Shown here: positions 40,709 through 53,090 of the stretch, in pieces
Layout: each line of letters opens with the position of its first letter
Numbering within the stretch: position 1 is the stretch's first letter
Source: Octopus sinensis
Taxonomy: Eukaryota
Assembly: GCF_006345805.1 (NCBI RefSeq)
Contig: NC_043007.1
Span: 41,044,001 to 41,108,000, forward strand
Length of the DNA: 64,000 nt
Reading direction: 5' to 3'
Notes under the pieces: generated by a model
Told to the model about the DNA's origin: nothing
The model's input: the letters and a program-made list of their open reading frames with translations, nothing else
Databases searched by the model: none
Translations under genes and position numbers: made by a program

Positions 40709-41700
40709 TTACTGGTGCTGTAATCGAATGTGACTTTTTAGCCCAGCTAAAGAACTACAACGTTTTGCACAAAATTGGCAACTAAGACCTTTACTGGTAA
40801 TAGCCGGCTGTAGTTGTAACTGGGCTTCATATACCTTTGCATGTCGTTTAAGTCCTCCTGCCGAATTACACTCTCTTCCACATGCCCGACAGATATGATT
40901 AGTATGGTGTGTTACACCACCACCAGTGGCCAGGTTGTCACTCATCTGTCTCGTTTTATGACTACGAAGATGACTCATGAGTCCAGCTTTACTGAGGCAG
41001 GGTCTTGCACAGACATTGCATGTCAGAATCAAAGGAAGACCCTTCCCTTCTGGAAGTGTAACAGCGATGTCCTTCCTGATATCCCTTCTTACTTTCTCAT
41101 GTGCAACTCGAGATTTCTCAAACGTGGCTGTCCCCTCATGCACAATCCTTCTCCACCTGCTACAATCAATAGCTATGCCTTCCCATGTGTCAGGAGAGAT
41201 GCAAGCATCTCTTAAGGAAACCTTCAGCAAGTCCTTATACCTCTTTTTTGGTTTATGTGGAGGTCGTTCTCCTTTAGCTAACTCTCCATAAAAGAGTTGT
41301 TTTGGCATCCTTGAATCCTTCATTCTGACCAGATGACCACTCCATCTGAGCCTTGCTTTAAACACAAGAGCTTCTATACTTACACAAACTAATCGACTAC
41401 ATCAAGTCGTTTACCATTCACATAGATATTTGGTACACTATACTGCTTACCAGGGGCAGGTTGATACATGACAACAGTTTCCTTGAGATTGACTGTCAAT
41501 CCTAAGGAAGTGCGAGCATCAGAGAATGCATTCAAAATGTGTTGCATATCAATCTCTGTATGTGCTACTAGCTCACAATCATCAGCATACAAAAGGTCTC
41601 TTATGATAGAGGCAAATACCTTTGTTTTTGCAGCAAGGCGCCTGATATTAAATATGCTGCCAGAGGTTCGATAATGGACGTAAACACCGTAACTGCTGTT
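40709..41700 (-). mobile_element. RTE-clade LINE 3' fragment with internal deletion
   Basis: IRDLLYADDCELVA (RT), RLRWSGHLVRMKDSRMPKQLFYGEL, three C2H2-like fingers; (TACA)n on both flanks. Confidence 0.85.
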
Positions 41701-42324
41701 TCTGAATGCAATACAGAACACATACATACATACATACATTCATACATACATACATACATACATACATACATACATACATACATACATACATACATACATA
41801 CATACATGCCTAGGTATGCGTTTGCAATCCAAGAACAGGAAATATCAACCAAGTAACTAATGCACAATAGGGAAAGACATTATTACTTGGGGCGTTACCC
41901 CCTAAATTCCTTCCTCACTTATTTATTTTACATTTCATGACTTTTTACCTCATAACTCTTTTTCTACTAATTTTTGCTGAATGCGACTAACGATTCCGAA
42001 TTCTCATGCATTTGTCTATCATTTAAACCTAAGAAAAGTATACTTCTATTTTAAGATTTAAAAATTTATGTTAATTGAAAATGAAAACCTGCCTTCCCGC
42101 ACACCTTGAGGTCTCACATATTTTGATGTAACTTGTTTCTACTGAACCAAATCTCAAACTATTTATACCAAAGTGTAGCTGAGGAGTTTCCTCTTTAAAG
42201 CTGTTAGCAGTTTGCAATTAAGTTGAAATCTGAATTAGTGGTGAAGCTTGCAAGTTGCTGCATTTGACGAAATGGTGGACTTATGAATATATTCAACTAC
42301 TACCCTAGTTGAATCATATTGCCT

Positions 42325-43130
42325 TTTATCTTTAACCCATTTCAGTCATTAGACTGCGTCCATGCTAAGGCAACGGCATCAAAACTTTTTATGAATGAAT
42401 CGACCCCAGTACTTAATCTTATACCTGGTACTTATTTAATAGGTGTCTTTTGCCGAACCGCTAAATTACAGGGATGTAAACACACCAACGCCGGTTATCA
42501 AGCGGTGGTAGGACATAAGAGATACAAACACGCACATACGGATAAATATATATGTATATATACCACGGGCTTAATTCAGTTTCTGCTTACCAAATCCAAT
42601 GAAAAGGTTTTGGTCGACCCCTGCCTATAGTAGAAGACACTTGCCCAAGATGCCACGTAGTAGGACTGAACCCGGAAATATGTGGTCGAAAAGCAAACTA
42701 CGCTTATGTTTGTGCGTGAGTATGTATTCTTTTATTCTTTTACTCGTCTCAGTCATTTCACTGTGGCCATGGTGGGGCACCACTTTAAAGGGTTTTTTAC
42801 TCGAAGAAATCGACTTCACGACTTATTCTATGTAAGCCTAGTACTTATCCTATCGGCTTCTTCTACCAAACCTCTAAGGGGCGTAAACACACTAACATCG
42901 GTTGTCAAGCGGAGATGGGTGGACAAACACAGACACAAAGACACATACTCATGAATATATATATATATATATATACGATGACCTTCTTTCAGTTTCAGTC
43001 TACCAAATCCACTCACAAGGCTTTGATCGACCCGAAGTTATTGTAGAAGACACTTGCCTAAGGCGCTCCGCAGAGTGACTGAAACCGGAAACATGTGGTA
43101 GGGAAGCAAGCTTCTCACCACTCAGCCACG
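42325..43130 (-). mobile_element. Two tandem SINE family A copies
   Basis: Both similar to 493-890. Confidence 0.75.
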
Positions 43131-43142
43131 ATAGATAGATAT

Positions 43143-43233
<91 letters not shown>

Positions 43234-43559
43234 TAAACACTTCAACTGCTAAAAGGAAAATACACTGCAGTTACCGTGGCAAAAATATTATGGCAAAAAG
43301 AGTGAAAAATATCCAGTTCGTCCTCTGTTAGGATTCCCAGACATCAATATTTCGAGTTTTGACTCTTGTCATTGAGATTTACTTAAGAGAGGCAACTTTG
43401 AACGAAATTAATAAGGCTGTAGCTTTAAATATAATTCCAAGTCTTGTGAGGGACAACCTGGACCTCTTAAACCACCTCCCAAAATAATGATACCAGTGTT
43501 GTATGTTTTGGTGTGGTGAAATATACCACAATATATACCACAATCCCACACCAATATGG

Positions 43560-44840
43560 ACTAGTAGCAATGAATTTCTGACCTGAGAAATTCCCTCAGG
43601 AAATTCCGGACAGAACTGAAAAGAGTTTCATCAATAAATGATTAAAGTTTATTCTCGAAAACACGGTTTTTTTAACATCGATGCCAATGTTTACAAATAT
43701 CTAGGAGTGCGATGGGGACAAAAGTTGCTCCGACTTATGCCAATCTAGTCATAGCATACATGGAGGTCCAGATATATGAGCAATCTAAATTAATGAATGG
43801 CTTGAACTTCCACAAATATCTACTAGAAAACTAGAAACGTGACTTAGATGACTGCCTAATCATATGGACATACACACTTGAACAACTTATAGTCTTCAAT
43901 AATCTAATCAACAGCATAAACAATAATATTAACTTTACCATGGAATACAGTAAAACTCAACTACTATTCCTGGATATACTAATCATCAAATGAGATAAAA
44001 TCATTGAAACAGATATTCACTACGAACAAACAGATTCCAAACAATACTTACTGTGCTCTTCATGACATCCTAAACATAAGAATAATATCCCCTTTAATCT
44101 AGCTAGAAGAATCTGCACAATTGTCTCAAGCCCTGAAACTCGCAATAAAAGACTCCACGAACTGAAACAAGTACTACTTAAAAGACAATATCCGTTAAAG
44201 ATAGTAGACAATGGAATAGGACGTGCCAAAGGAATAAATATCAAAGAACTACGAAAAACGAAAAACACCCAATAATCTACCCTTTATTACAACACAAAAC
44301 AGGAAACACAGAAGTTTACAAGATCATCCACCAGAACATCCCAATACTAAAACAAGACCCAAGAATGAAACAAGCATTCGAAATACACGAAATAACCAAA
44401 AGTAAAAGACAATCAAAGTCATTCAAAAATTCCTCACAAGTGCTAAATTGCCTTCCACAATTCCTAGACCAACAGCCAAAAAGTGTGCATCAACCTTATT
44501 GAAGACACAACATACAAATTCAAATCAATACAGACATTTACCTTAAAAAATTACTTTACATGTTTTTCAAGGAGCTTAATATACGCTATCAAATGTCAAG
44601 GATGTAATGAAGATTACATAGATCAAACAAAAATTACTCTAAATAGACTGATCATTCACCAACAACACATACGAGACACTAGTACTAGACAGATTCCACT
44701 GAGTGGTCACATAGACATATGTGCAAAAAGTAAGTCCTCCAAATCCTGGGTCTCACCACTGTACTTATCTCCAGCGAATTCCACATGTGATGCACGGATG
44801 AACAAAGAAAATATTTTGATACAAAAGTATAAACCATGAC
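43560..44840 (+). mobile_element. Penelope-like element (RT + GIY-YIG), degenerate
   Basis: MGTKVAPTYANL and RDLDDC RT motifs; FTCFSRSLIYAIKCQGCNEDYIDQTKITL GIY-YIG domain. Confidence 0.85.
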
Positions 44841-45478
44841 TTATCAAATTTTAACTGAGTACATACACAAATAACTATTCACACACAAAATTCATTTTAC
44901 TACTCATCAGGAGGAAGCTATACAGCTAACAACCTTAATTTTAGCCACTGGACTACATACAAACGATACCTGTCCACCCTCCCATCAAACAGATTAAATT
45001 TGGAGTGCCTTGATTATAACTAAACATGTTCACTCAACCATGTCAGCCTTCCTTTTAGGCGCAAAATATACTGTCACTTGATACAAACCCACGAACGTAA
45101 CAGGAAACGTACAAAAGGTTATAAATTTAATTGTGTTCATTCTCCTAAAAAAAAATTGACAGAAAACATTCAAAGCATTGATTGTTTGGACATGTTCAGT
45201 CAACCGTGTCAGCCTCAACTTATGATGTCAAACATTGTCACTTGATACTAACACACGGTCGTAACCGGGAAATCTACAGAAATTTCTAAGACCAGTCATG
45301 TGACTATCCTCTGCTAATCAAAGTGTATTCAAAACATTAATTTCAGCCATGAACTCCCTATAAAAACAGGGAAAACTTCAAACACTAGTCAGAATCAATA
45401 CAGCTGCGACATAAGCCACATATTTCTATTTGAACTTTTTGAAAATCAGTGAAAACTGTGAGACCGGTTGATCTGATT

Positions 45479-45616
45479 ATGGAGATAACTTCGACCAACA
45501 TCGATAATATTCTAACACAACTTGGATACCTGCGTTGCTTTCATCTTTCCCATTCGTCTTATGGTGCCTTTCCCAACTCAGTATAAGCTCAAATCTTCAA
45601 TTCTTCCTTTTTACTA
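45479..45616 (+). pseudogene. SLC22-like first coding exon, copy 3 (1-bp deletion, 5' acceptor region lost)
   Basis: 138 nt versus 139 nt in copy 4; cccattcg versus cccagttcg. Confidence 0.75.
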
Positions 45617-45748
45617 GTGAGTTATATTTTCCCGAATATTGTATTTTTGTATGTACATATGTATGCATGTATGTATGTACGTACGTATGTATGTATGCAT
45701 ATATATATATGTAATTGTTTAATGTGTGTATATGTTTGCATGTATATG

Positions 45749-45802
<54 letters not shown>

Positions 45803-46008
45803 CATATATATATATATATATACAGTCACATATATATATATAAATATATACTACAAAATTAGAAAATGGAGAAACATACTTAAATCAATAAAACATCAAC
45901 TATCAGATGATACCCAATCAATACTTTATTACACCATTACATATCAGTATATATATATATATATATATATATAGTCACGTATATATATATATATACACTC
46001 ACACACAC

Positions 46009-46039
<31 letters not shown>

Positions 46040-46040
46040 T

Positions 46041-46340
46041 ACAATATCTCACAGGCGTATGTACACCCTTAAAAAAATCAGTAAAATTGCTATTATTCTG
46101 ATATTAAAAATCAAACGAAGTTTATACTGAATTAAATATATAAAACATGCAAAATTTATCCAAATTTCGAACACAAAATAATAAACGTTTTCAAATATAT
46201 GAACGAAATATTCATCTTCAGACGTTACAAAAATATGTACACCCTAAAGGAAATTTGCTATATTCAATATTTTATCCACTTTTTTTTACTAAATTCAGAT
46301 AATGCTGATAAATTTCAATTCTAAAAAAATATATATTTAT
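46041..46340 (+). mobile_element. Tc1-like left end (IR/DR type)
   Basis: tacaatatctcacaggcgtatgtacaccc with the tatgtacaccc core repeated about 180 bp inward; second copy at 49202. Confidence 0.55.
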
Positions 46341-46531
46341 GTATTTTGGAATGTTATGTCCATTTTATAGAAAATATATGTATTTATATAAGTCTTCGAT
46401 GCGTATTTCAATTATGTTCTTTTAAACTTCGCCTACGTTGCCTCCATAATGATATTATTTCGATATAGCTCACCACGAGCACTACACTTTCCTTCTGTAT
46501 TAATGTTATTGTTAATAACAAGCTCTCATTA

Positions 46532-46612
<81 letters not shown>

Positions 46613-46829
46613 ATACAAAAATGGGACAAGAACGCAAAACATCCATACGGTTACGTAATACAAAGAGGGACAACAAAACATCCAGACAGACGATACAAAG
46701 AAAACAAGGACGCGTCCTTCAGGGTTTTCTTTCCTCAGTCGAGTTCCGCATATATATCGAGAGAAAAGTGTATGTATAGGTACATATATACTTGCGATTG
46801 TATATACTAACCCATTCTCATACATACAT

Positions 46830-46884
<55 letters not shown>

Positions 46885-46885
<1 letters not shown>

Positions 46886-47517
46886 GTTTCTTTATTGGCC
46901 ACACAGGGCCGCACACAGATGGGACAAGTTACAAGGTAGAGCTTTTGTTTTGGGGGATGAAAAAAACAAAAAACAAAAGAAAAAAAAGGGGTGGCGTAGG
47001 TTTTCGATCATGAGGGATTGTAAAAGGGAAGAAAAGAACAAAAAAATTTTTTTTAAATAAATAAATAAATAAATAAAAAAAAGAATAAAAAGAAAAAAAA
47101 GAAAAGGAAAAGGAACAAAAGAAAAGAGAAATGAAAAAAGAAGAAAAAAGGGGGAAAAAAGGGGAAGAGGGAAAAAAACGATCAATAGGGATCGTGTATC
47201 ATAGTGTTATGATATATGGTGTAAAGGGGAAAGTAAGTAAGGTTTATCCGTGGGAAGAAAAGCCTACGAAAAAGACCATGGTAACCTTGGTCAATATTGT
47301 TATATGTTACCACATTTGTTTGCAAGTGGGTAACCCTCTGTTTTCTTTTTCTGGGTTCATAGGATTATGCTCAAGGTGGCTTCGTCATTCATACGTGCCA
47401 TCCTTGCTACATTCACCCATCTTTTTTAAAACATTCGCTAGACAAAACTTGCCTCTCTACTCTCACTTTCCTTTTTAAGTGGTACTTGAAGACGTTGATG
47501 AGAGATTGACCAGAGAG
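46885..47517 (-). mobile_element. 5'-truncated Tx1 LINE within (GATA)n
   Basis: Same 3' end and ORF2 terminus as 34117-35046; GATA arrays on both sides. Confidence 0.8.
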
Positions 47518-47629
<112 letters not shown>

Positions 47630-47784
47630 TAATTTTATTTAAACCTCCGTTATCTATTTAGCCAGTTTGTCTGTCTTATCACCACACTGTCGACTTCTGT
47701 ATCCCCGGGTCATTATTATCATATTTCATGTAGCCATCTACACTTCACTCATTGTTCTTAAGCCAGTACAACATTGATCTGATT

Positions 47785-47923
47785 ATGGAGATAACTCCGA
47801 CCAACATCGATAATATTCTAACACAACTTGGATACTTGCGATGCTTTCATCTTTCCCAGTTCGTCTTATGGTGCTTTTCCCAACTGACTATAAGCTCAAA
47901 TCTTCAATTCTTCCTTTTTACTA
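47785..47923 (+). CDS. SLC22-like first coding exon, copy 4 (intact)
   Basis: [46 protein letters not shown] + A|gtgagt; acceptor catgtag| at 47733. Confidence 0.75.
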
Positions 47924-48585
47924 GTGAGTTATATTTTCCCGAATATTGAATTTTTGTATGTATGTATGTATGCATGAATTATGTACATATGTATGCATGT
48001 GTGTATGTACGTACGTATGTATGTATTTATACCTGTTTGTGTGTACGTATGCATGCTTCTACTTATGTATGTATGCATATATATATGTAATTGTTTAATG
48101 TGTGTATATTTTTGCATGTATATGTATGTATGCATGTATGTATGTATGTATGTATGTATGTATGTATGTATGTATGTATATATATATACATATATATGTA
48201 TGTATGTATGTATGTATATATATATACATATATATGTATGTATATATATATATGTATACATATATATATATATGTATACATATATATATACATATATATA
48301 TACATATATACATATATATATACATATATATATATACATATATATATACATATATATATACATATATATATATACATATATATATACATATATATATACA
48401 TATATATACATATATATATATATTTTTATTTATTCTTCTATCTAATTTAATCTAATTTAACACTGATTCCTTGACCACTCCCCCAAGTATGATATTTTGC
48501 GCTATGCCTACCCCCAAAAAGTCCCCCACCAACACCCCTTTAAACCTGCCTAAATGTATAAATGCCAATACAATTCTTGTTAACT

Positions 48586-48636
48586 AGCTTCCTGAAGATT
48601 TCTCTTGAATGAAACAGTTCTAGTCCTGTAGAAGCT
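48586..48636 (+). ncRNA. Type I hammerhead ribozyme motif
   Basis: AGCTTC CTGAAGA T TTC TCTT GAA T GAA ACAG TTCTAGTC CTGT A GAAGCT; 6-bp stem I, 4-bp stem III, GUA triplet, U-U at 10.1-11.1. Confidence 0.55.
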
Positions 48637-48889
48637 CCTTCTATATAATAAATTACTTTTACTCTGCTATGTATTGAGTACCTTATTTACTGTGGTTAAC
48701 CCCGAATCAACCCGGGACCTACATATATATATATATATATATATAATATATATATATATTATATATAATATATATATAATATATATATATATACATATAT
48801 ATATACTCACATACATATATATGTCGGACGCCATGATAGATCGTTAGCTCCTACACGCATTTTTTTCTCTCCTTGTTTTTTTCTGTGGA

Positions 48890-48927
48890 TCTTTCTGTCG
48901 AAGAGCGTAGGCTCGAAACGTAAAAGA
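48890..48927 (+). ncRNA. Minimal type I hammerhead-like motif, A6U variant
   Basis: TCTTT CTGTCGA A GAGC GTAG GCTC GAAAC GTA AAAGA. Confidence 0.6.
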
Positions 48928-49023
48928 CTTTTTCTATTTCTATTCCTGAGCGCTATACTATTACATTTGTTTGTTTGTGCTCCACCTGCCTTCGTCCTTT
49001 GTTTATTTTCGTAAACTTTCCCG

Positions 49024-49123
<100 letters not shown>

Positions 49124-49165
49124 ATATTATATATATATATTATATATATATATATTATATATATA

Positions 49166-49201
<36 letters not shown>

Positions 49202-49208
<7 letters not shown>

Positions 49209-50000
49209 ATCTCACAGGCGTATGTACGCCCTTAAAAATTCAGTAAAGTTGCTATTATTCTGATATTAAAAATCAAACGAAATATATACTGAATAAAATA
49301 TATTATACATGCAAAATATTTATCCAAATTTCGAACACAAAATAATAAACGTTTTCAAATATATGAACGAAATATTCATCTTAGGACGTTACAAAACTAT
49401 GTACACCCTAAAGGAAATTTGCTATATTCAATATTTTATCCACTTTTTTTTACTAAATTCAGATAATGCTGATAAATTTCAATTCTAAAAAAATATTTTT
49501 CTTGGCATTTTTGCGCCGGTGATTGTTATTGTATCTGCAGAAATTCTGATTTGTGTACCGTGGTGAAAATCTTGTTCAGAGTGATTAAAATGCTACCAAA
49601 TGGAAAAGAATTGTCTGAAGATTTGAAGAAAGTTATTTTGGATTTACACAAGAATGGATTATGATACAAGTTAATTAGCAAATGTATACAGATTAGCGTA
49701 AGCACAGTTGCCAAATTAATTCATAATTACAAAGTTACTGAATGGCGATGTAATAAACATCATACTGGACGTCCTTTTATTTTAACTGCGCGTGAAATTC
49801 GCCACATCCAACGATGCGTGATAGACGACAGGCATCGTACTGCTTCATCTTTGGCCCAAAAAGTGTCTTCTGTTAGTGAAAAGAGTGTATCCGCCCAAAC
49901 AGCTCGCTGTAGTTTGAGTCAGTGTAGTCTTCATGGACGCATTCCTCGTAGGAATCTTCTCCTTACTACCAGGCATTAATCAAGTCGTCTTTCTTTTGCC
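49202..50000 (+). mobile_element. Tc1 transposon 5' half (TIR + transposase N-terminus)
   Basis: KELSEDLKKVILDLHKNG...TGRPFILTAREIRHIQR...LHGRIPRR paired-like/HTH region, degenerate. Confidence 0.7.
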
Positions 50001-50168
50001 GAAAACAATGTAAGAAGAAGGACTGTTCGTTCTAAAATCGCCCAGGGTGCAAAGTGTGCCCGAACGAAAGGCACATACATCTTGCTTAAGGCCATATTAT
50101 CCTAATATTCTACATTGCCGCTGATGGAGACAGGCCCGGTATGTAGATGTATTTATGAACTTTGTGTA

Positions 50169-50252
50169 ACATCCTGATGAGGAGAGTGCCTTGATTAATA
50201 ATATGAAATATGTCATATTCCTTGGCACATCTCTGAAACGGCTTGTAGATAT
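50169..50252 (+). ncRNA. Type I hammerhead ribozyme motif
   Basis: ACATC CTGATGA GGAGAGTGCC...GGCAC a TCTCT GAAAC GGCTT GTA GATAT; 10-bp stem II with one bulge. Confidence 0.6.
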
Positions 50253-50833
50253 GATGCTTATATTTTTCCTTCGTTGGTTTTAATATGTCTTCAATACTTA
50301 ATCCTTTCAAGTTAAATTTTTAATTTCATCATACCATATACGATTTTAAATGTAATTACAAATTATATTTTCTTAAATTCAATCATTTTTATTTAAATTC
50401 AATCGTGTTTTATACATTGCATTGATATTGTCTATTTATATATATTTGTGTATTTTGGAATTTTATGTCCATTTTATAGAAAATATATGTATTTATATAA
50501 ATCTTCGATGCGTATTTCAATTATGTTCTTTTAAACTTCGCCTACGTTGCCTCCATAATGATATTATTTCGAATATAGCTCACGACGATCACTACACTTT
50601 CCCTCTGTATTAATGTTATTGTTAATAACAAGCTCTAATTAAACTATATATATATATATATATATAATACAAAAATGGGACAAGACCGCAAAACATCCAT
50701 ACGGTTACGTAATACAAAAAAGGGACAAGAAAACATCCAGACAGACGATACAAAGAAACCAAGGACGCATGATTCGGAGTTGTCTTTCCTCAGTCGAGTT
50801 CCGCATATATATCGAGAGAAAAGGGTATGTATA

Positions 50834-52309
50834 CAGGGTGGGGAAGCAAAATTTACAATATTTTGAGGCAGGGATTGAAAGACAGTATATGACCGATTTG
50901 TTTATTGAAATTCATGAGAATTTATTTGCCACATGACAATTTACATAATAGAAAATGTTTTTATTCTATGTGTCCTCCTTCTTTCTCAATAACTGCCTTC
51001 ACACGCTTCCTGAAACTTGCACAGGCGTTCCTCAAATATTCAGGAGGCAACTTCTCCCATTCTTTTTTAATAGTATCGTTAAGAGAGTCGACATTGCTGT
51101 GTGATGTTCTATTGGTAGCATGTTCTAAAACGCCCCAAATAGCATAATCCAGAGACCATAAACATGATTGCAAAAAAATTGCTGAAGTTGGATTTGCAGA
51201 AATCTTGTATTTTTCTAGCTGTGTGGGCTGGAGCACCATCCTGTGTCCATACATAATTACCATCTGGGTAGTTTTCTTTAAGCCATGGCAATACCTTGTA
51301 TCTCAGAGTCTTGTAGTAAGTATTAACATTGATCTTTTCATCAGCTTTGTAGAATTTTATAGGCATTTTCTTTCCATCGGAAGCCACAACACCAAAAGCC
51401 ATAACTTGAGCAGGACCTTTTGTTTTGAATGTCCCCTTAACCTCAGCTGTTGATTTTGCAATAAATCTGTCATTTCTGCTGTTCAGAACAGCATCGACAG
51501 TGAAGATCTTTTCATCTGAAAAGATCGTTACAATGGAGGACTTTTTTTTTAACCATGTAATACTTTTCTTGCACCTTTCCAATTACTTTTCCGTCATAGC
51601 TGTTGTCAACAAGTGTTTGGTGTTCTTGTGTAAGATTTTAACCTCAAATCATATTTTACTGCATTTCTAATGGTCTTGTTGACTACCTCAAATTCAATTG
51701 CCATTTTTCTCATGGATTTGGTTGGATCCTTTAGGATTTGGGATTTGAGAGCTTTAATAAAAGCTTTGGTACGTTTTTTGTTGATTCCTCAACTTCCAGA
51801 CTTCCTCGTAATAGTTTTGCTCATAGTCATTCTATTCTTTACATTATAAATAGTATTTATGGACACTCCAACTGTTTTTGAAATCTCCTTTGGTGTGACG
51901 AGTGCATTCAGAAAATCACACACTCTTTGACTTTTGCTTTCCTGATTACTCATATCTCTTTCTCTCTGTTACTTGCTTCAGTCATTTGACTGTGGCCATG
52001 CTGGAACACCATCTTTAATCGAGCAACTCGATTCCGGGACTTATTCTTTTTGTAAGCCCAGTACTTATTCTATCAGTCTCTTTTGCCGAACATAAACACA
52101 CCAGCATCGGTTGTCAAGCAATGCTATGGGGACAAACACAGACACACACACTCCTGCGCCTATATGGGCAAAAGTTTTGGAAAAGGTAAAGATAATAGTG
52201 TTAGGTATGAGTATGATATCAATATATGCTAGATTTCAAAACAATTGACTTAGTGCCACCTGAGAAAAAACAACTTAACATTCATTGTAAATTTTGCTTC
52301 CCCACCCTG
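50834..52309 (-). mobile_element. Tc1/mariner (maT-like) transposon with both TIRs and a SINE insertion
   Basis: 26-bp TIR cagggtggggaagcaaaatttacaat, TA flanks; FSDEKIF, WTQDGAPAH, LDYAIWGVLE; frameshifted. Confidence 0.9.
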
Positions 52310-52399
52310 TATGTACATATATACGTGCGTTTGTATATATTAACCCTTTCTCATGCATACATATAGATAGAGAGAGAGAGAGAGAGATAGATAGATACA

Positions 52400-52431
<32 letters not shown>

Positions 52432-52580
52432 ATTTTATTTAACCCTCCATTATCTATTTAGCAGTTTGTCTGTCTTATCACCACACTATCAACCTCTGTA
52501 TCCCCGGGTCAATATTATATTTTATGTAGCCATTTGCGCTTCGATCACTGTTCTTAAGCCAGTACAACATTGATCTGATT

Positions 52581-52717
52581 ATGGAGATAACTCCCACCAA
52601 AATCGATAATATTCTAACACAACTTGGATGCATACGTTGCTTTCATCTTTCTCAGTTCGTCATATGGATCCTTCCCGTAGTCCTTGTGAACTCAAACCTT
52701 CAATTCTTCCTTTTACA
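52581..52717 (+). pseudogene. SLC22-like first coding exon, copy 5 (2-nt short, phase shifted)
   Basis: MEITPTKIDNILTQLGCIRCFHLSQFVIW...; 137 nt to the gtgagt donor; acceptor at 52529. Confidence 0.7.
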
Positions 52718-53090
52718 GTGAGTTATATTTTCCCGAATATTGTACTTTGTATGTATGTATGTATGTATGTATGTATGTATGTATGTATGTATGTATTGAT
52801 GTACGTATGTATGTCATTATTACTGTATTCTGTTTCTTCCGTCTTTATGTTCCGAGTTCAAATTCCGCCGTGATCAATTTTGCAATCCATTATTTCAGGC
52901 TCGATAAAATAATATATATATTCTTGTCTTCTCTATGCAAAAGGCCTAAAATTTTGGGAAAGGGGGCCCAATCGATTAGATCGACACCAGTATGTAACTG
53001 GTACTTAATTTATCGACCCCGAAAGGATGAAAGGCAAAGTCGACCTCGGCGGAATTTGAACTCAGAACGTAAAAACAGATGGAATACCAA

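Noticed and set aside
46170-46230. CTGAAGA-TGAA...TTCA...GAAA motif in the Tc1 end
   Set aside because: Spacer before GAAA and no NUH/stem III arrangement
46700-46745. CTGAGGA...GAAG/GAAT...GTC hammerhead-like motif (also 50760-50800)
   Set aside because: Neither copy has GAAA, and stems I and II do not pair convincingly
47929-48455. 100-160 aa Y/I/M/C-rich ORFs (also at 16.0, 38.5, 45.7, 49.0 kb)
   Set aside because: Artefacts of TA/TACA/CA repeats lacking stop codons
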